DNA of 64,000 nt from Eledone cirrhosa. Lineage: Eukaryota. Of this stretch, positions 38,905-52,520 are shown piece by piece (position 1 is the first letter of the stretch; every line of letters begins with the position of its first letter). The stretch is from the NCBI GenBank assembly GCA_964016885.1, contig OZ024748.1, forward strand, positions 51,336,001-51,400,000, written 5' to 3'. The position numbers and the translations under genes were made by a program. The notes under the pieces are model-generated. The model made no database searches. It worked only from the letters and a program-made list of their open reading frames with translations, and was not told the DNA's origin.

Positions 38905-39070
38905 CATGGGCACACTGGAAGAGGAAGACTGAGGTTAACATATGTTGATGTCCTAAGGACAGACACTGGTCTCTTGGAGACACAGGACCTGGCAGCAATA
39001 ATGAGGGATAGAGACTGCTGGAGGTAACTTGTCCATGGATCTCGGGAATTTCACCCGCCCTAGATAAATA
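38905..39070 (+). mobile_element. RTE-type LINE 3' end fragment
   Basis: HGHTGRGRLRLTYVDVLRTDTGL...MRDRDCWR* is a typical RTE ORF terminus; (GATA)n-like tail. Confidence 0.6.
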
Positions 39071-40434
39071 GACAGATACACACACATACACACACACACA
39101 CACATATAGATGGTCAATGAAGTATAACTAAAGTCCAAACAACAACTTACTACCACCGTATCCCCACTATAGTTTTCATCACTAAATTCTCACCACAATG
39201 ATGATGATGATGATGATCATCATCATCAGAATCTCTAAAACATCTATTAGAGTTCAGTTGTCTTGGAGACAAGTTCAAGGATTATAAAGAAAAACACTAA
39301 AAGAATACACATTTTAAGAAATTAACCTTTTTGTATTTACTTTGAATTGAGATTTTTGTGTGTCTCTCTATATATGTAAACGTGTGTGTACATATACATG
39401 TATAAGTAAATATATTTATACACATATACACACACACACACATATATATATATATAACACACGCATATATATACGTATATATATATATATATACACACAC
39501 ACATATATATGTTGTTATTTCACGTATATTCTTCAAATCTTAACATTTTTTCTTTGGAAGAATGGGGTAGTAGTGTGTGTGTGGTTTGTATTTATGTGTA
39601 ACTATATGTGTGTATGTATGTGCGTGTGGTGTCATTTTGTTTGGGCTTTTTGTTTTCATTCAGTTGGTTACAATAGACATTAATTAAGATGGAGCTCGTT
39701 AAAATTTTGAAGTGTTTATATGTAACTCTGTGTGTGTGTATGTATGTGAGTGTGTGTTTGTGTGTGTGTGAACGGTGCCAGACATTTTTTCTCAATTGTT
39801 GTTGTTCTCGTCGCTGTTGTCATTAAAAGTTATGATTGCAATAGAATAAACAAACAGATCTAATAAATAATAAAGAAAACAAGAAAACAAAAAGAAGAAA
39901 AGAAGAAGAAAAAGACAGAAACAAACAAGATAAAAAAAGATTGTAAATAAGAGAGAGAGAGAGGTGGAGAGAGAGAAATACATCTTAACGTTCATTCTAT
40001 CTAATTTAACGTTAACTGACTTTTCTAAGTAATATTCATCTAAGTATGCATGTATGTATATATTTATGTGTGTAAGTGTATATCTCTTTATAATGTATAT
40101 ATGTATGCATATATTTATGTGTATGTGAATATATATATATGTATGTATATGTATATATTTATGTGTATGTGAATATATATGTGTGTATGTGAATATATAT
40201 GTGTGTATGTGTATGTGTATGTGTATGTATATAAAACTATCAAATTTTGATACTAACATTGTATGCAATAATAGATAACTAAATCAGTGGTGGAAATAGA
40301 TTTTAGAAACTAGGGTTAATCTAAAGTGTGTAAGGTGGGTGTTGAGAAGGAGCAGGTAATAAAGGGGGTTAAGAAGGAATGGTTACCCCAAGGTCAGTGG
40401 AGAAGGAGGTGTAAGCCATGTTCCTTGGAGCTGA

Positions 40435-40800
40435 GGTTGAAAAGGGGTTAAGCCAAGGTCTGTAGGGATAAGGTTGAGAAGGAGGGCCTAAGCCAAGGTC
40501 TGTAGGGAGAAGGTTGAGAAGGAGGGCCTAAGCCAAGGTTTGTAGGGAGAAGGTTGAGAAGGAGGGCCTAAGCCAAGGTCTGTAGAGAGAAGGTTGAGAA
40601 GGAAGGCCTAAGCCAAGGTCTGTAGGGATAAGGTCGAGAAGGAGGGCCTAAGCCAAAGTCTGTAGGGATAAGGTTGAGAAGGAGGGCCTAAGCCAAAGTC
40701 TGTAGGGATAAGGTTGAGAAGGAGGGCCTAAGCCAAGGTCTGTAGGGATAAGGTCGAGAAGGAGGGCCTAAGCCAAGTTTTGTAGGGTTGAGCCTGAGAA
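40435..40800 (+). repeat. 40-bp minisatellite (AGGTTGAGAAGGAGGGCCTAAGCCAAGGTCTGTAGGGATA), about 9 units
   Basis: Direct tandem units with no spacers; degenerate units upstream from ~40335. Confidence 0.95.
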
Positions 40801-42044
40801 GGACAGTGTGTGCCCACATCTGTTGGACTGAGTTTGAAAAGGGGAGGTACTTCATACTACATTTTTTTCAAAAAAGGTGCTGGGACATCAACATATACCA
40901 AGCACCTATTACTAGTTGCCTGCCTTCAGGGCTGCATGCCTAGGGGAAATGGAAGAACTCTTCCAACACATGGTACCTGAAGTTACCACAGTTCAGTTAA
41001 AGAATAACCACTGTTATTTCCAAAGCCACATGTAAGGAAGGACTAGATCGACCTGGACTTCAGGAATGCCTCTCAAAGGAACTATTCCCAGACAACAAAA
41101 CTTATGCTTTGCTTGACAAATGATACATCCACAACACTTGTTGCACCTGCAAACTTGTATCAAGTCCAGGTATGAAACACATGACTTTGTTGATCGTGAG
41201 ATGAACACCCTAATAACTTAGTCATGCACTTTCACTATACATATATGTATATATATATGTATATATATAATCATCTGCTTTCCCTGCTAGTAAGCATTGG
41301 AATAGTCTACACAGTCCAAGTCAATACTGAAGCAGGGCTACTGACCTCTCAGATAATCCACCTCATTTACGTACAGTCTCATGTTCTACCAAGTACACAG
41401 GTGAGGTTGTCATCTTTTTGACATAACTGAAGGGTCCCCCCTCAATCCTTTGTTTGGCAAGCTTTCTATGATTGGATGCCCTTCCTATTACAGTATGTAC
41501 TGGGTGTGTTTATCGAGTAGATGTGTGTGTTTTTGTATATCATATATTATAGATAGATGGATCGATGTATAAATAAACAGACAGAGAGATAGATATATAT
41601 GCCAGTAGAGTTTTGTGTGTATTATAGTTGTAAATAGATTTTGTAAACAAGTATATGCCTGATGCTTATTAAAACATACTGGAAATTCATAAGAGAAATA
41701 AAACAAACACAGAAACATTTTGCATTCATTGGAATTAAATTTTTCAGAAATACTTTGAATGGTGAGGATATTTTTGAATATTTTATGAAATTAATATATA
41801 GAAAATGGAATATTAAGTGTTTAAATTTCAGTTCAGAGGTTATTGTGAGATTAATCGATAAAATAGCAAGAATGATGTTGGATGTTGGAAGAAATCCAAT
41901 GTTTGGCATTGGTTTTAAGAATGATGAAATAATTCACTAACAGATGAACAGAAACACAACAAACCCATACTAGTCAGCTAAAACCTCATGAAACTATCAT
42001 GCATATTGGTAAAAGGGAAATATATTTACATGATTAAAACCTCT

Positions 42045-42290
42045 GAATATGTGGTTAGAATGTCTAAGGAAAGAATTGCTGGACAGATTTTACGGGCAAG
42101 ACACCCCAGCAAGAAACCCAAGGGTAGACCTCGAGTAAGTTGGTTGGATAACATCCATGAGCCTGACTGATTTCATTTGGGGATCCAGCCAATCAATTGA
42201 ACACAGTTGCTTATGACATGACCTGCTTGAAGTAGTGTTTGAGGACCCTTCCCCCAAGACCCTTTAAGGAATAAGTGGACAAAGAAGAAG
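42045..42290 (+). mobile_element. RTE-group LINE 3' fragment, (GAA)n-tailed family
   Basis: VVRMSKERIAGQILRARHPSKKPKGRPRVSWLDNI; homologous to 14580-14836. Confidence 0.75.
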
Positions 42291-42844
42291 ATCCCTTAAT
42301 GTGTATGTATGGTTCCCAGCTATATTATTCTGGAGTGGTACTCAATGTTCTGAGGGCATATAAACACCCATGCCCATACACATCATATGTTCTTTTTCCT
42401 TTTTTTTTTTTTACTATAGTTTCAGTCATTAGACTATGGTCATGCTGGGGCATTGCCTTCAAGATCTTTAGTCAATCATATCACCCTACATCCAATACTT
42501 ATTTCAGATTGCTCCTAATGTTCTGAGTTCATATATTCACTCACACATCATATCATATGGTCTGTCTTCTATTCCTTCATTTTTCAATAAAGTTTCAGGC
42601 TTTAGACTACAGCCATGCTGTCATTTCTAAGAAACTAAAGCACCATTATTGATTCAAGCTTACATGTTAATTTAATGAGTATTTCAGCTGAAGAGATAAC
42701 TAAATACTTATCATAGAAACTAATGGAAGATCTGGCATTGCTCACAACAAGATAACTCTTTTAACCCATGCCAACGTGGAAAAATGGATGTTAAACGGTG
42801 ATGATGATGATGATGATGATATATATACATATATATATATATAG

Positions 42845-43250
42845 CATCATCATTTTACATCCGCTTTTCCCTGCTTTCAAGGGTGGGACGGGTCATATTC
42901 AGCACAGCCTCTCTCCATTTGTCACGGTCCTTCGTCAATCTGAGGTCTGCTCTCACCACCTCCACCCATGTTTTTTGTGGTCTTCCTCTACTGCATCTTC
43001 CATCTACTGGCATTTCTTGGCACTTCTTTACCCAGCAGTCATCCTCCATGCGCATCACATGTCCATACCATTGCAGTCTTCTCTCCCGCACACTACAACT
43101 TATCCCTCTTATTCACAGTTTCTCTCAACTCATCCATGCTTGGTCGTTCACATACATTGACATTACACATCCAACGGAGCATGCTTGCTTCATTTCTCTC
43201 CAGCCGTCGCATATCCTCTGCAGTTGCTGCCCATGTCTCACTACCATGCA
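42845..43250 (-). mobile_element. RTE LINE 3' fragment; putative partner of SINE B
   Basis: MRERRLQWYGHVMRM...GRCSRGRPQKTW...DRDKWREAV...REKRM*; the last ~50 nt plus (ATG)n match the SINE B tail. Confidence 0.85.
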
Positions 43251-43321
43251 GTTGATGGCTGAGAGAAAAGAGGACTCAACACCAAAGTAGAGTTTAAATA
43301 TTCATTACATTAATGCTAAAT

Positions 43322-43391
43322 AGTCTTGTTACTCTGGAGTTTTGTCTGTTCATCCCAATATAAGTAGGCAAAACTCCAGAGTAAAAAGACT
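43322..43391. repeat. 70-nt hairpin (~26-bp stem, 16-nt loop)
   Basis: AGTCTT-G-TTACTCTGGAGTTTTG...CAAAACTCCAGAGTAA-A-AAGACT. Confidence 0.85.
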
Positions 43392-43440
43392 CACTATTTC
43401 ACCCTAATAAAATGGATATATATATATACATACATATATA

Positions 43441-43486
<46 letters not shown>

Positions 43487-43489
<3 letters not shown>

Positions 43490-43550
43490 GGGTGGTGCCC
43501 CAGCATGGCCTCAGCCGGATGGCTGAAACAGGTAAAAGAGTAAAAGAGTA
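43487..43550 (+). mobile_element. Tail-only retroelement insertion inside (TA)n
   Basis: GGTGCCCCAGCATGGCCTCAGCCGGATGGCTGAAACAGG(TAAAAGAG)n; reverse copies at ~8210-8263, ~42415-42460 and ~42590-42620. Confidence 0.6.
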
Positions 43551-44049
43551 ATATATATATAGATAGATAGATAGATTTACATATATATAAACACACACAT
43601 GTATATGACATTACTTTTTTGTGGAAAAAATAGGTTTTCTAACCCATTTTTTTATGTAAAACATGAGAGATCATTATCAATTCAACAAAAAATGCTATTA
43701 TTTTAATAGATCATGTCATGAAAAGTAAAATATCTGTATTTAAATTATTTTTTTGCTTAAATTAAATTATACTCTTTTAATTATTTAGGGTTTTTTTTAT
43801 GATTACTTTTTATCATCATAATCATTTCTTATAGAGGTAGCAAATCATTGGATTAAATCTGTTACAGAGTTAATGTTACCATCTTCATATTCTGAGTTCA
43901 AATCTTGTTAGTGATAAGTTTCTATTTAATTCTACATTGTTCAATGAAGTAAGTATTTATTTAAATCTAGGCTTTACTCATTTGATTTCTATTCCACTCC
44001 CATCATCCAAATATTGTCCCAAATACAGAGTATGTGTGTATATATATAT

Positions 44050-44968
44050 GGTCTCATAACTGATGATGGAGTTGTAGGTGTGCCATAGTGGCAGTCAGCA
44101 ATTGTAGGGCATCTTAAGCCAGGTGGAACCCATCCTTTGCCAGGTCTGACTATAGCAGATTTCTTCCAGAGAAGGATAGAAAGTAAGAAAGAGGAAATGA
44201 GAAAGAGATATAGAAGATGAATCGACCCCAGTACTAGACTGGTACATTTTTTATTGACCTCAAAAGGATAAAAGCAAAGTTGACCTCAGAGAGCAGAGAG
44301 CCAGAACAAATATCACAAAGGATCCAATGTTCTAACAACTCTGCCAATTCACTATCTTCAAATACAGAGTAAAGAGAAATAATTGTTTCTACTTTAGGCA
44401 CAAGGCCAGCATTTACCCAGTTCATTACTGGTACTTTATTTTATCGACTCCGTAAGGATGAAAGGCAAAGTCAACCTCGGCGGGATTTGAACTCAGACCG
44501 TAAAGGGACGTAACTATGCTGAAAAGCATGGCGTCCGACTCTCTCAATCAATATTGGTTGCTGTTATTGTTTAGTCAAACATCTGACATGATTGATCAAA
44601 TCTGTGATCACAAACACTCCAGCCATGACCAGCCTGTTTTTTAAGGGTTTCTAGAACTAAATTAGCTAATGAGCCCTTCTTTTTTTTTTTATGGCAAGGT
44701 AAATTTGAGGGAAATTTAGTTGCTATTTTTAGCAGATCAAATGATCAATAGAAGCTGTCTTATTGTCTCTGATTTAGGCTCAAAGTCAGCAATTTTGGGG
44801 GAAGGGAAAGTTGATTAAATCGACCCCAGTGCGTGACTGGTACTTTATTTTATCGACCCCGTGAGGATGAAAGGCAAAGCTAACCACAGCAGGATTTGAA
44901 CTGAGAACATAAAGAGCTATAAACTCTATACTGCAAAGTGTGGTGTCTGAAACTCTACCGATTCTGCC
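44050..44968 (-). mobile_element. Cluster of three SINE A-type copies (44050-44350 alternative tail, 44378-44543 young, 44768-44968 long-tail variant)
   Basis: Each contains the reverse core GGTAC.TT.TTTTAT.GAC...GGAT.AAAG.CAAAG. Confidence 0.8.
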
Positions 44969-45409
44969 AAAATATTGGCTTCTTATGTTGGGACCAGGTA
45001 CCAGGTTTGTAGAGAAGCATTTATTTAAGTTTTATAGTTGTTGACATGTTCTTTCTAAAATAATGTACTGAACCATTATAATCATCTCTCCATCGTTAAT
45101 GACATGACCTCTATCATTAATTCATCATCATCATTATCATCATTATCAAAATTACTATCAATTGCCTTTCATCCTTAAAGTCCATCACCACCTACACCAT
45201 GTGACATGAACTCTACCATTAATTCATTATCGTTTAACATCATCATCATTGTTATCACCAAAAGTATCACTTCAACACCACCGCCATCATCATCAACATC
45301 ACCAACAACATCACCATCACACTCATCATCATCACCACCATGAACATTACCACCAGAATTATTATCATCGCCATCACACTCATCATCATCATCACCAACA
45401 ACATCATCG

Positions 45410-45840
45410 CCACAATTATTATCCACATCACCACCAACAACATCCCCACCACACTCATCATCATCATCATCATCATCACCAAAAACATCACGATCACAAT
45501 CATTACCATCATCAACTACATCACAACCAACAACATCCCCACCACACTCATCATCATCACCACCAACAACATCATGATCACAATTATTACCACCATCAAC
45601 TACATCACCACCAACAACATCCCCACCACACTCATCATCATCACCACCAACAACATCATGATCACAATCATTACCACCATCAACTACATCACCACCAACA
45701 ACATCCCCACCACACTCATCATTATCATCATCATCATCATCACCAACAACATCACGATCACAATTATTACCATCATCAACTACATCACCACCAACTACAT
45801 CCCCACCACACTCATCACCACCACCACCACCACCAGAATC
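45410..45840 (+). repeat. ~84-bp minisatellite built from CAT/CAC/CAA triplets
   Basis: ATCAACTACATCAC recurs at ~45511, 45595, 45679 and 45775. Confidence 0.85.
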
Positions 45841-46420
45841 ATAATCAAAATCATCACTATTGTCAACAGCAGGAATACCACTATAAATTGTATTTCTTCA
45901 ACACCACCAACACAAATATCACCATTTTCAACATCATCATTATCATCACCATTATCAACATCATTATATTGATAAAATGGCTTGAATATGGATTGGAAAG
46001 AATGTTTTGCAAAGGAAATGATAAATAAGTGTGTCAATAAAACAATCTCTGTTTAAATGCAATTGATTTTCTTCTTTATTTTTTGTTTTATTTTGGAGTT
46101 TTTAGGGGTATTTTTGCTGAATTTTAAAGTCATTTTACACACAGATTTTTTTTTTAATATTTCAAGAAATGGAAATGCAGCCCCACAAAAACGTGAAATA
46201 AAAAGTGTATTTTTTTTCTATAAAAAAATAAAGTTAAATAATTAAGCAAAAACACATTTCATATTAATATAAGAAAATGTGTTTTTATTTTCCTTCTTAC
46301 TGATTGATCAACACATACTTTTCTTTCACTAAAGGCAAAACAAAGTCAAACTATATACACAGACACACACACATATATATATATACATATATATATATAC
46401 ATATATATATATACATATAC

Positions 46421-46454
<34 letters not shown>

Positions 46455-46488
46455 TTATGTCTATGTATGTTTATGCATATATATATAT

Positions 46489-46521
<33 letters not shown>

Positions 46522-48389
46522 CATACACACATATATGTGTATGTGAGAGAGAGTGAGAGAGAGTGTGTGTATATAAACATAATGAGAGAGAGAGAGAGAG
46601 AGAAATAGTGCAAGAGTGGCAGGCATATAGATATAAAACTTCCATGTTTGTGGTAGTAAAATGCTAGAGGACATGACAAGTGTCACTTCCTATCAAAAAC
46701 AATTCTTTTCCCCAAAAATGCATTAAAAATAATTGCTAAGTTGTCTATCATTATTTTCATCATCATCACAAATATTATTATCATCATCATCATATTATTG
46801 TCATTATTTTCATCATCATCATCATTATTATTATCATCAAAACCATTACTTGAAATATTATTTTCTTCATTTACATGTTTCTTGGTGATCTTCTTGTTAT
46901 TTATTTATTTATTTTACTCAGTTCCCACTCAATTCCAACATAATGGCTACCATTACTTTGATTGCATCCCACTTCAAGTGGCTATTATTATTATTATTAT
47001 TATTATTATTAGGTCTGTGAATGGTGCAAGGTATAGAGTGTCACACAAAATGACTTTTTGTTTTTTGTTTTTTTGCCATTTACATTCTGAGATCAAATCC
47101 CATTGGATTTATCCATCGGGAGTTGATAAAATAAGTACCAGTCAAATACAGAGGCTGATTAATTTGACTGTACTTTTGTCCCCTAAATTTGACATTTTAT
47201 ATTTCTACTCGAATTAGTATTTTCATATTGTATCTGTGAAGATGGCCAAAGTGCAATCTAAGACAAATGGTATTGCCTCGTTTTGACTGCCACTAGAGGC
47301 TAACACAGTTAGGTACTGAGAATATGTTTTTCCTTCAGCTCAAGAATCAGCCAGAGGCTCTGAGCAGTAGTTCCACCCCATCCATGCAAAGATTAACATC
47401 TAGTTTTTTATTTACATTGTCATTATTTTCCTATTGTTTTGTTTGTTTTGGGAAAATGTTGAGTTCTTGCATGCTTCATTCCTCATTCAATTTTTCATCA
47501 GATTCACAGTACATATTCTCTTTTCAACCTTGGGCAGAATGATATAGCTTTTATTTCCTTTATTTTGGGAGGGATCGGAGTTTATTGATATGACCTATAC
47601 TTCAAAAGTATGTTTCCAGATGATGTATTACTGACTACCATAAATATTTGTAATACATTAATTACATTAGGTCAATCGACAAGATCCCAGAACTCATTCA
47701 GTTACAGTGAGGAGGAACATGTTAAATCAGACCAAGAAGGATGCAATGTTTCTTTTTCTGATACTATCTACGGTTTACAACACCTGGCCAAAAGAGCAAC
47801 ATGAAATAAAGTAATTTGCTCAAGGACATAAGACATTGTCTGGTGCAAGAATCGAATTTGTGACATCACAATTGCAAATCCAAATCTCTAACCACTAATA
47901 CATGTGCCTTCACACTACACTGCTCTAAATTAAGTGAAGATTAATTAACATTTCATCCAATTATTTCTGCCAAGATCTGCATCTTCAACACATGTTTTGG
48001 TAAATACTACTGAATCTAAAGAGACACCATACCATTCTCATCACTTTGAGAATGTTGGTCAAGTTTATTTGCATTGACACTGACCCATTCTCTCTAGTTA
48101 ATTTATTAAACAAAAAGAAAAATCAAATTATAACAGGAGCGAAACTAAACATTGAAGATATTCTTATGCTACAGAGCTGGCCTGAATGTTTGCAATAGAA
48201 TGAAATAAACTGAAGGTAGCCAAAATTCAGGTGATGTTCAACTAGGCAACAGATTGAGTCTAACAAGCATGTGGCCCCACAGCAAAATTGAACAAAGACT
48301 GGAACACATACCACATGGCATCATGTCTGACACTCAAACAATTCTGCCAATTCGCGACATTTAATTAGTATTTTATAAAATAAAGTGAC

Positions 48390-48718
48390 GGTGGAAAATT
48401 GGCAGAGTCATTAGAATGTCAGTTAGAATGTTAGTTAGAATGCTTTGTAGTATTTGTTCTGGTTCTTTGCACTCTGAGTTAAAACACAGCTGAGGTCAAC
48501 TTTGCCTTTCATCCTTTTGAAATTGATAAAAAACGTACCAGTCTAATATTGGGGATGATTCTTCCTCTCTCTCATGTTCTATCATTCTCTGGAAGAAATC
48601 TGCTGTGTTCAGACCTTGACAGGGATGGGTTTTTCCGGGCTTAAAATGTTCAGGAAATGCTGTATGCCACTACAACACCCCTAGGATTCCACCAGGAATT
48701 ACAGGACCATACCATACC
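48390..48718 (+). mobile_element. Old SINE A-related element with alternative tail ending (CCATA)n
   Basis: TTGGCAGAGTCATTAGAATG...ACTTTGCCTTTCATCC...GGAAGAAATCTGCTG...GGACCATACCATACC. Confidence 0.7.
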
Positions 48719-50144
48719 AAAATAAAGTGTGAAAGGCAAAACTTACCTCAGCAAGATTTGAACTCAGAATGCCATGTGCTAAAACAAATACTGCATGCTA
48801 TCTTATGTTCTAATAACGCTGCCATTGTACCTTCTTCAATCACATTTAAATCAATAATATTATAACAAAGTTCAAGACAAATTCTGTAAGAGTATCACAA
48901 CTTCTCATATGCTTAATAAAATCAGTACCGGTCATGTGCGGGGATCAATTGTATTGCCTCTACTAGACTCATTCCTCTACAGATAACTCAACTACAAAAC
49001 AGTTGACCTTGTGCAATAAATCATCATTGCCATTACAACAAAAGCAACAATAGGGGCATCAATAACAACAACAATAGCAACCACAATAACAACAACAATG
49101 GCAACCACAATAACAATAACTGATACATTAACAACTTATGGAGATTAATAATGAGAAAATGATAGAGGAGGAGGAGGAAGAAGAAGAAGAAGAGAACCAA
49201 GAAATAATTATTAACAGAAAAAAAAAAGTTAATAAAATAAAGAAATAGATAAACCAATAAATGAAATAAAAAAAATAAAGAAAAGAGGGAAAGAAGATGA
49301 GAAAGAAAGGGAGAAGAAGAGAATGAAATGAGCAAAAAAAAATTCACATAAAATATTTTTTTAAAAAAATCAAAAAATAATCTTCTTGTTCATTTTGTAA
49401 GCATCTCACTTTCTTCTTTGCCAGCTTTTTTCTTACATTACACCCCCCCCCTCTCCACAAACCCTTTCATTCACCCTTCATTCATCCTACCACCTCCCCC
49501 CACCCCTTCCTTCCAACTAACCAAAGAAAGAACGAATGAAAACTTTTGTAATCAATTTATATATTCTGTCAAGACTTGATGCCAAAGTGAGTTATAAATT
49601 TCATACATTTTATATAGGTCTTTAAATTACTGACTCATTTTCATTGCAACAACAACAACAATAATGATAATAATAATAATAATAGTGACAACAACAAGTA
49701 GAAAAAGGACAATGCACAATAAACACTTAAACATCATCAACAACAACAGCAGCATCAACAAAACCAATTGTTTAGTTACTTATTCATATTTGCATGCATA
49801 TGTGTGTGTATGAGTATGCATATGTGAGTGTATGTGTGCGCGTGTGCATGTGTCTGCATGTGTGTGTGTGCGTGTGTGTGCATGTATGTGTGTGGTGTAC
49901 AAGTGCGTGCGTGTGTGTGTGTGTGTGTATTTTGTTGATTTTTTTTTTTTTTAGATTTAATTTCAACATCTTAATGGATTTTCTTGTTCATCATCATCAT
50001 TGACACCATCACAACTATCAACCTCATCATTATTATTATTAATGTTCTTGTTGCTATCATTAATGTTATTATTAATATTATTATTAATACTTATCATAAC
50101 CATCATCATTATTATTAAATTTATTCTGACTCTCTCTCTCTTTT

Positions 50145-50185
<41 letters not shown>

Positions 50186-50289
50186 ATGTATATATACATG
50201 ATATTATAATATATGTATATATATATGATATTATATATATATAATTTTATATATATATATGTATATATATATATATGATATTATATATA

Positions 50290-50334
<45 letters not shown>

Positions 50335-50593
50335 TTATGCAAATTTATATACATATGCCTTTAACATTCTATTTGACAATTTGACAATTTCTTTGTGTGT
50401 TTTTATTGAACTGTAAAAAAAAAGAAAAGAGTAAAAATATTCTTTTCAATTTTCGTGAATAAACTTTTGATTATGAAAGAGTGTAAAGGAGAAACAGAAC
50501 ACACACATACACACACATATATATAGTGATGCATATACAAGTGTATGTGAGTTTATATGTGTTTAAATATGTATAGTGTGCTAATGTATGTGA

Positions 50594-50624
<31 letters not shown>

Positions 50625-51274
50625 CATATATACATATATATACATATATATAATCAAAACAATAATGACAATAACAAAAATTAAATTTAAATTTGTCTTT
50701 TCGAGAAATATATATATTTTTTAAAAACTTTTATTATCTCGTTGCTTTCTCTTCCCTCACTTAATAACACATCTCTCTGTGTATTTATGCATTAGGTTAT
50801 GCATATAAATAATAATGATAATAATAATAATAGTAATAATAGTAATAAAAATAATAATAATAATAGTAATAACAATAACAACAACATATGTGTTCATAAT
50901 TATAATGGTGCATTAATAATAGGTGCATATGTTTGATTCCTTTCTTCCTCATTCATATTTCTGCACTTAAGTTTATATATATAAAAGAGTCATGGAAAAC
51001 AATGAAATTTAACTTTAAAAAAGAATCTCTTGGAAAAATAATTATTTCCAATTGAGTTTGGCATTTCACTAAAAGAAATAAGGTGTAACAACAAAAACAA
51101 AAGACAAAAAGGGTAAAAGGTCAACAATGGAAAATGAAGAAATAAGCAAATCAGAAATGGTAAGTTTCACATTATTTAGACTGCTGCTTGTACAGGGATG
51201 TGATTGGAGTTTGGGGTTTTTGTTGTTGAACATATTAACTTGTAACATCCTCTACCATATGAAACAGCATTCAA

Positions 51275-52062
51275 TGGATTGGCAGTATCGCTAGAGGGTC
51301 GGACGCCATGGTTTGACATATAGAGTTACGGCCCTTGCCATTCTGAGTTCAAATCCTGCCTTACGGGGTTGATAAAATAAAGTACCAGTAATGCACCGGG
51401 TAATTGCTGGCCTTGTGCCAAACGTAGAAACAATTATTACTAAAGGCAGTTTCAGGATTGGCAGTATCGGTAGAGGGTCGGATGCCATGCTTTGCAGCAT
51501 AGAGTTATGGTCCTTTATGGTCTGAGTTCAAATACCGGTGAGGTTAACTTTGCCTTTCATCCTTACGGGGGGTCGATAAAATAAAGTACCCGTAATGTAC
51601 TGGGGTAATTGCTGGCCTTGTGCCAAACGTAGAAACAATTATTACTAAAGGCAGTGAATTGGCAGTATCAGTAGAGGGTCAGACGCCATGCTTTGCAACA
51701 TAGAGTTACTGTCCTTTACAGTCTGAATTGAAATCCCGCCAAGGTTAACTTTGCCTTTCATCCTTACGGGGTCAATAAAATTAAGCACCAGTAATGCACT
51801 GGGATATTTGCTGGTCTTTTGCCAAAAGTAGAAACAAATATTACTAAGGGCAGTGGATTGGCAGTATTGCTAGAGCATCGGACAACATACTTCACAGCAT
51901 AGAGTTACAGCCCCTTACGTTCCAAGTTCAAATCCTGCTGAGATTATATTTGCCTTTCATCCTTACAGGGTTAATGAAGTAATGCACCGGGGGGTTGATT
52001 TAATTGATTTCCCCTCCCCTAAAATTGCTGGCCTTGTGCTTAAGTCAGAAACCATTATTACT
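51275..52062 (+). mobile_element. Head-to-tail array of four SINE family A copies
   Basis: Heads at ~51275, ~51445, ~51650 and ~51848, each copy ending in TTACTA(A). Confidence 0.92.
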
Positions 52063-52148
52063 ACGGTATTCTTAAAGTACTATGACCACTATTACATTAA
52101 ATATTCAAGTGTTTAGTTTACTACAAATTTTCAAAACCATCTGATGAA

Positions 52149-52520
52149 GGGACATGGCTTAGTGGTTAGAGCATTGGCCTTGCAATTGAAAGGTTGTGAG
52201 TTCAATTCTCAGACCGGGTGATGTGTTGTTTCCTTGAGCAAGACACTTTATTTTACATTGCTCCAGTTTACTCAGCTGTAGAAATGAGATGATAGGGACT
52301 GGGGTCCCTATCATTCCACTGTAAAGTGGCAAAAAAGCACCCAGCCCACACTGTAAAGTGGTTGTGGAGGCGCCACAGAAAAAAAGCACCCAGCACTCAC
52401 TGTAAATGAGGTTGGTGTTAGGAAGGGCATCCAGCTGTAGAAATCAAGCCAGAATCAGTTCCCGTCCCACCCTTGCAAGCAGGGAAAAAGCGGACGTAAA
52501 ATCATGATGATGATGATGAT
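52149..52520 (+). mobile_element. SINE family B, full length, with short internal duplication
   Basis: Family B consensus; AAAAAAGCACCCAGC.C.CACTGTAAA occurs twice. Confidence 0.92.

Noticed and set aside
40870-41215. Unique GC-balanced segment with a Cys-rich minus-strand ORF (64 aa)
   Set aside because: No recognisable domain spacing or splice signals; probably old TE debris.
45249-46028. 259-aa His-rich ORF resembling a histidine-rich structural protein
   Set aside because: Arises from a CAT/CAC/CAA triplet minisatellite open in several frames; no signal peptide or splice evidence.
52149-52225. tRNA-like sequences with A and B boxes
   Set aside because: They are SINE heads followed by SINE body; no complete cloverleaf or acceptor stem.
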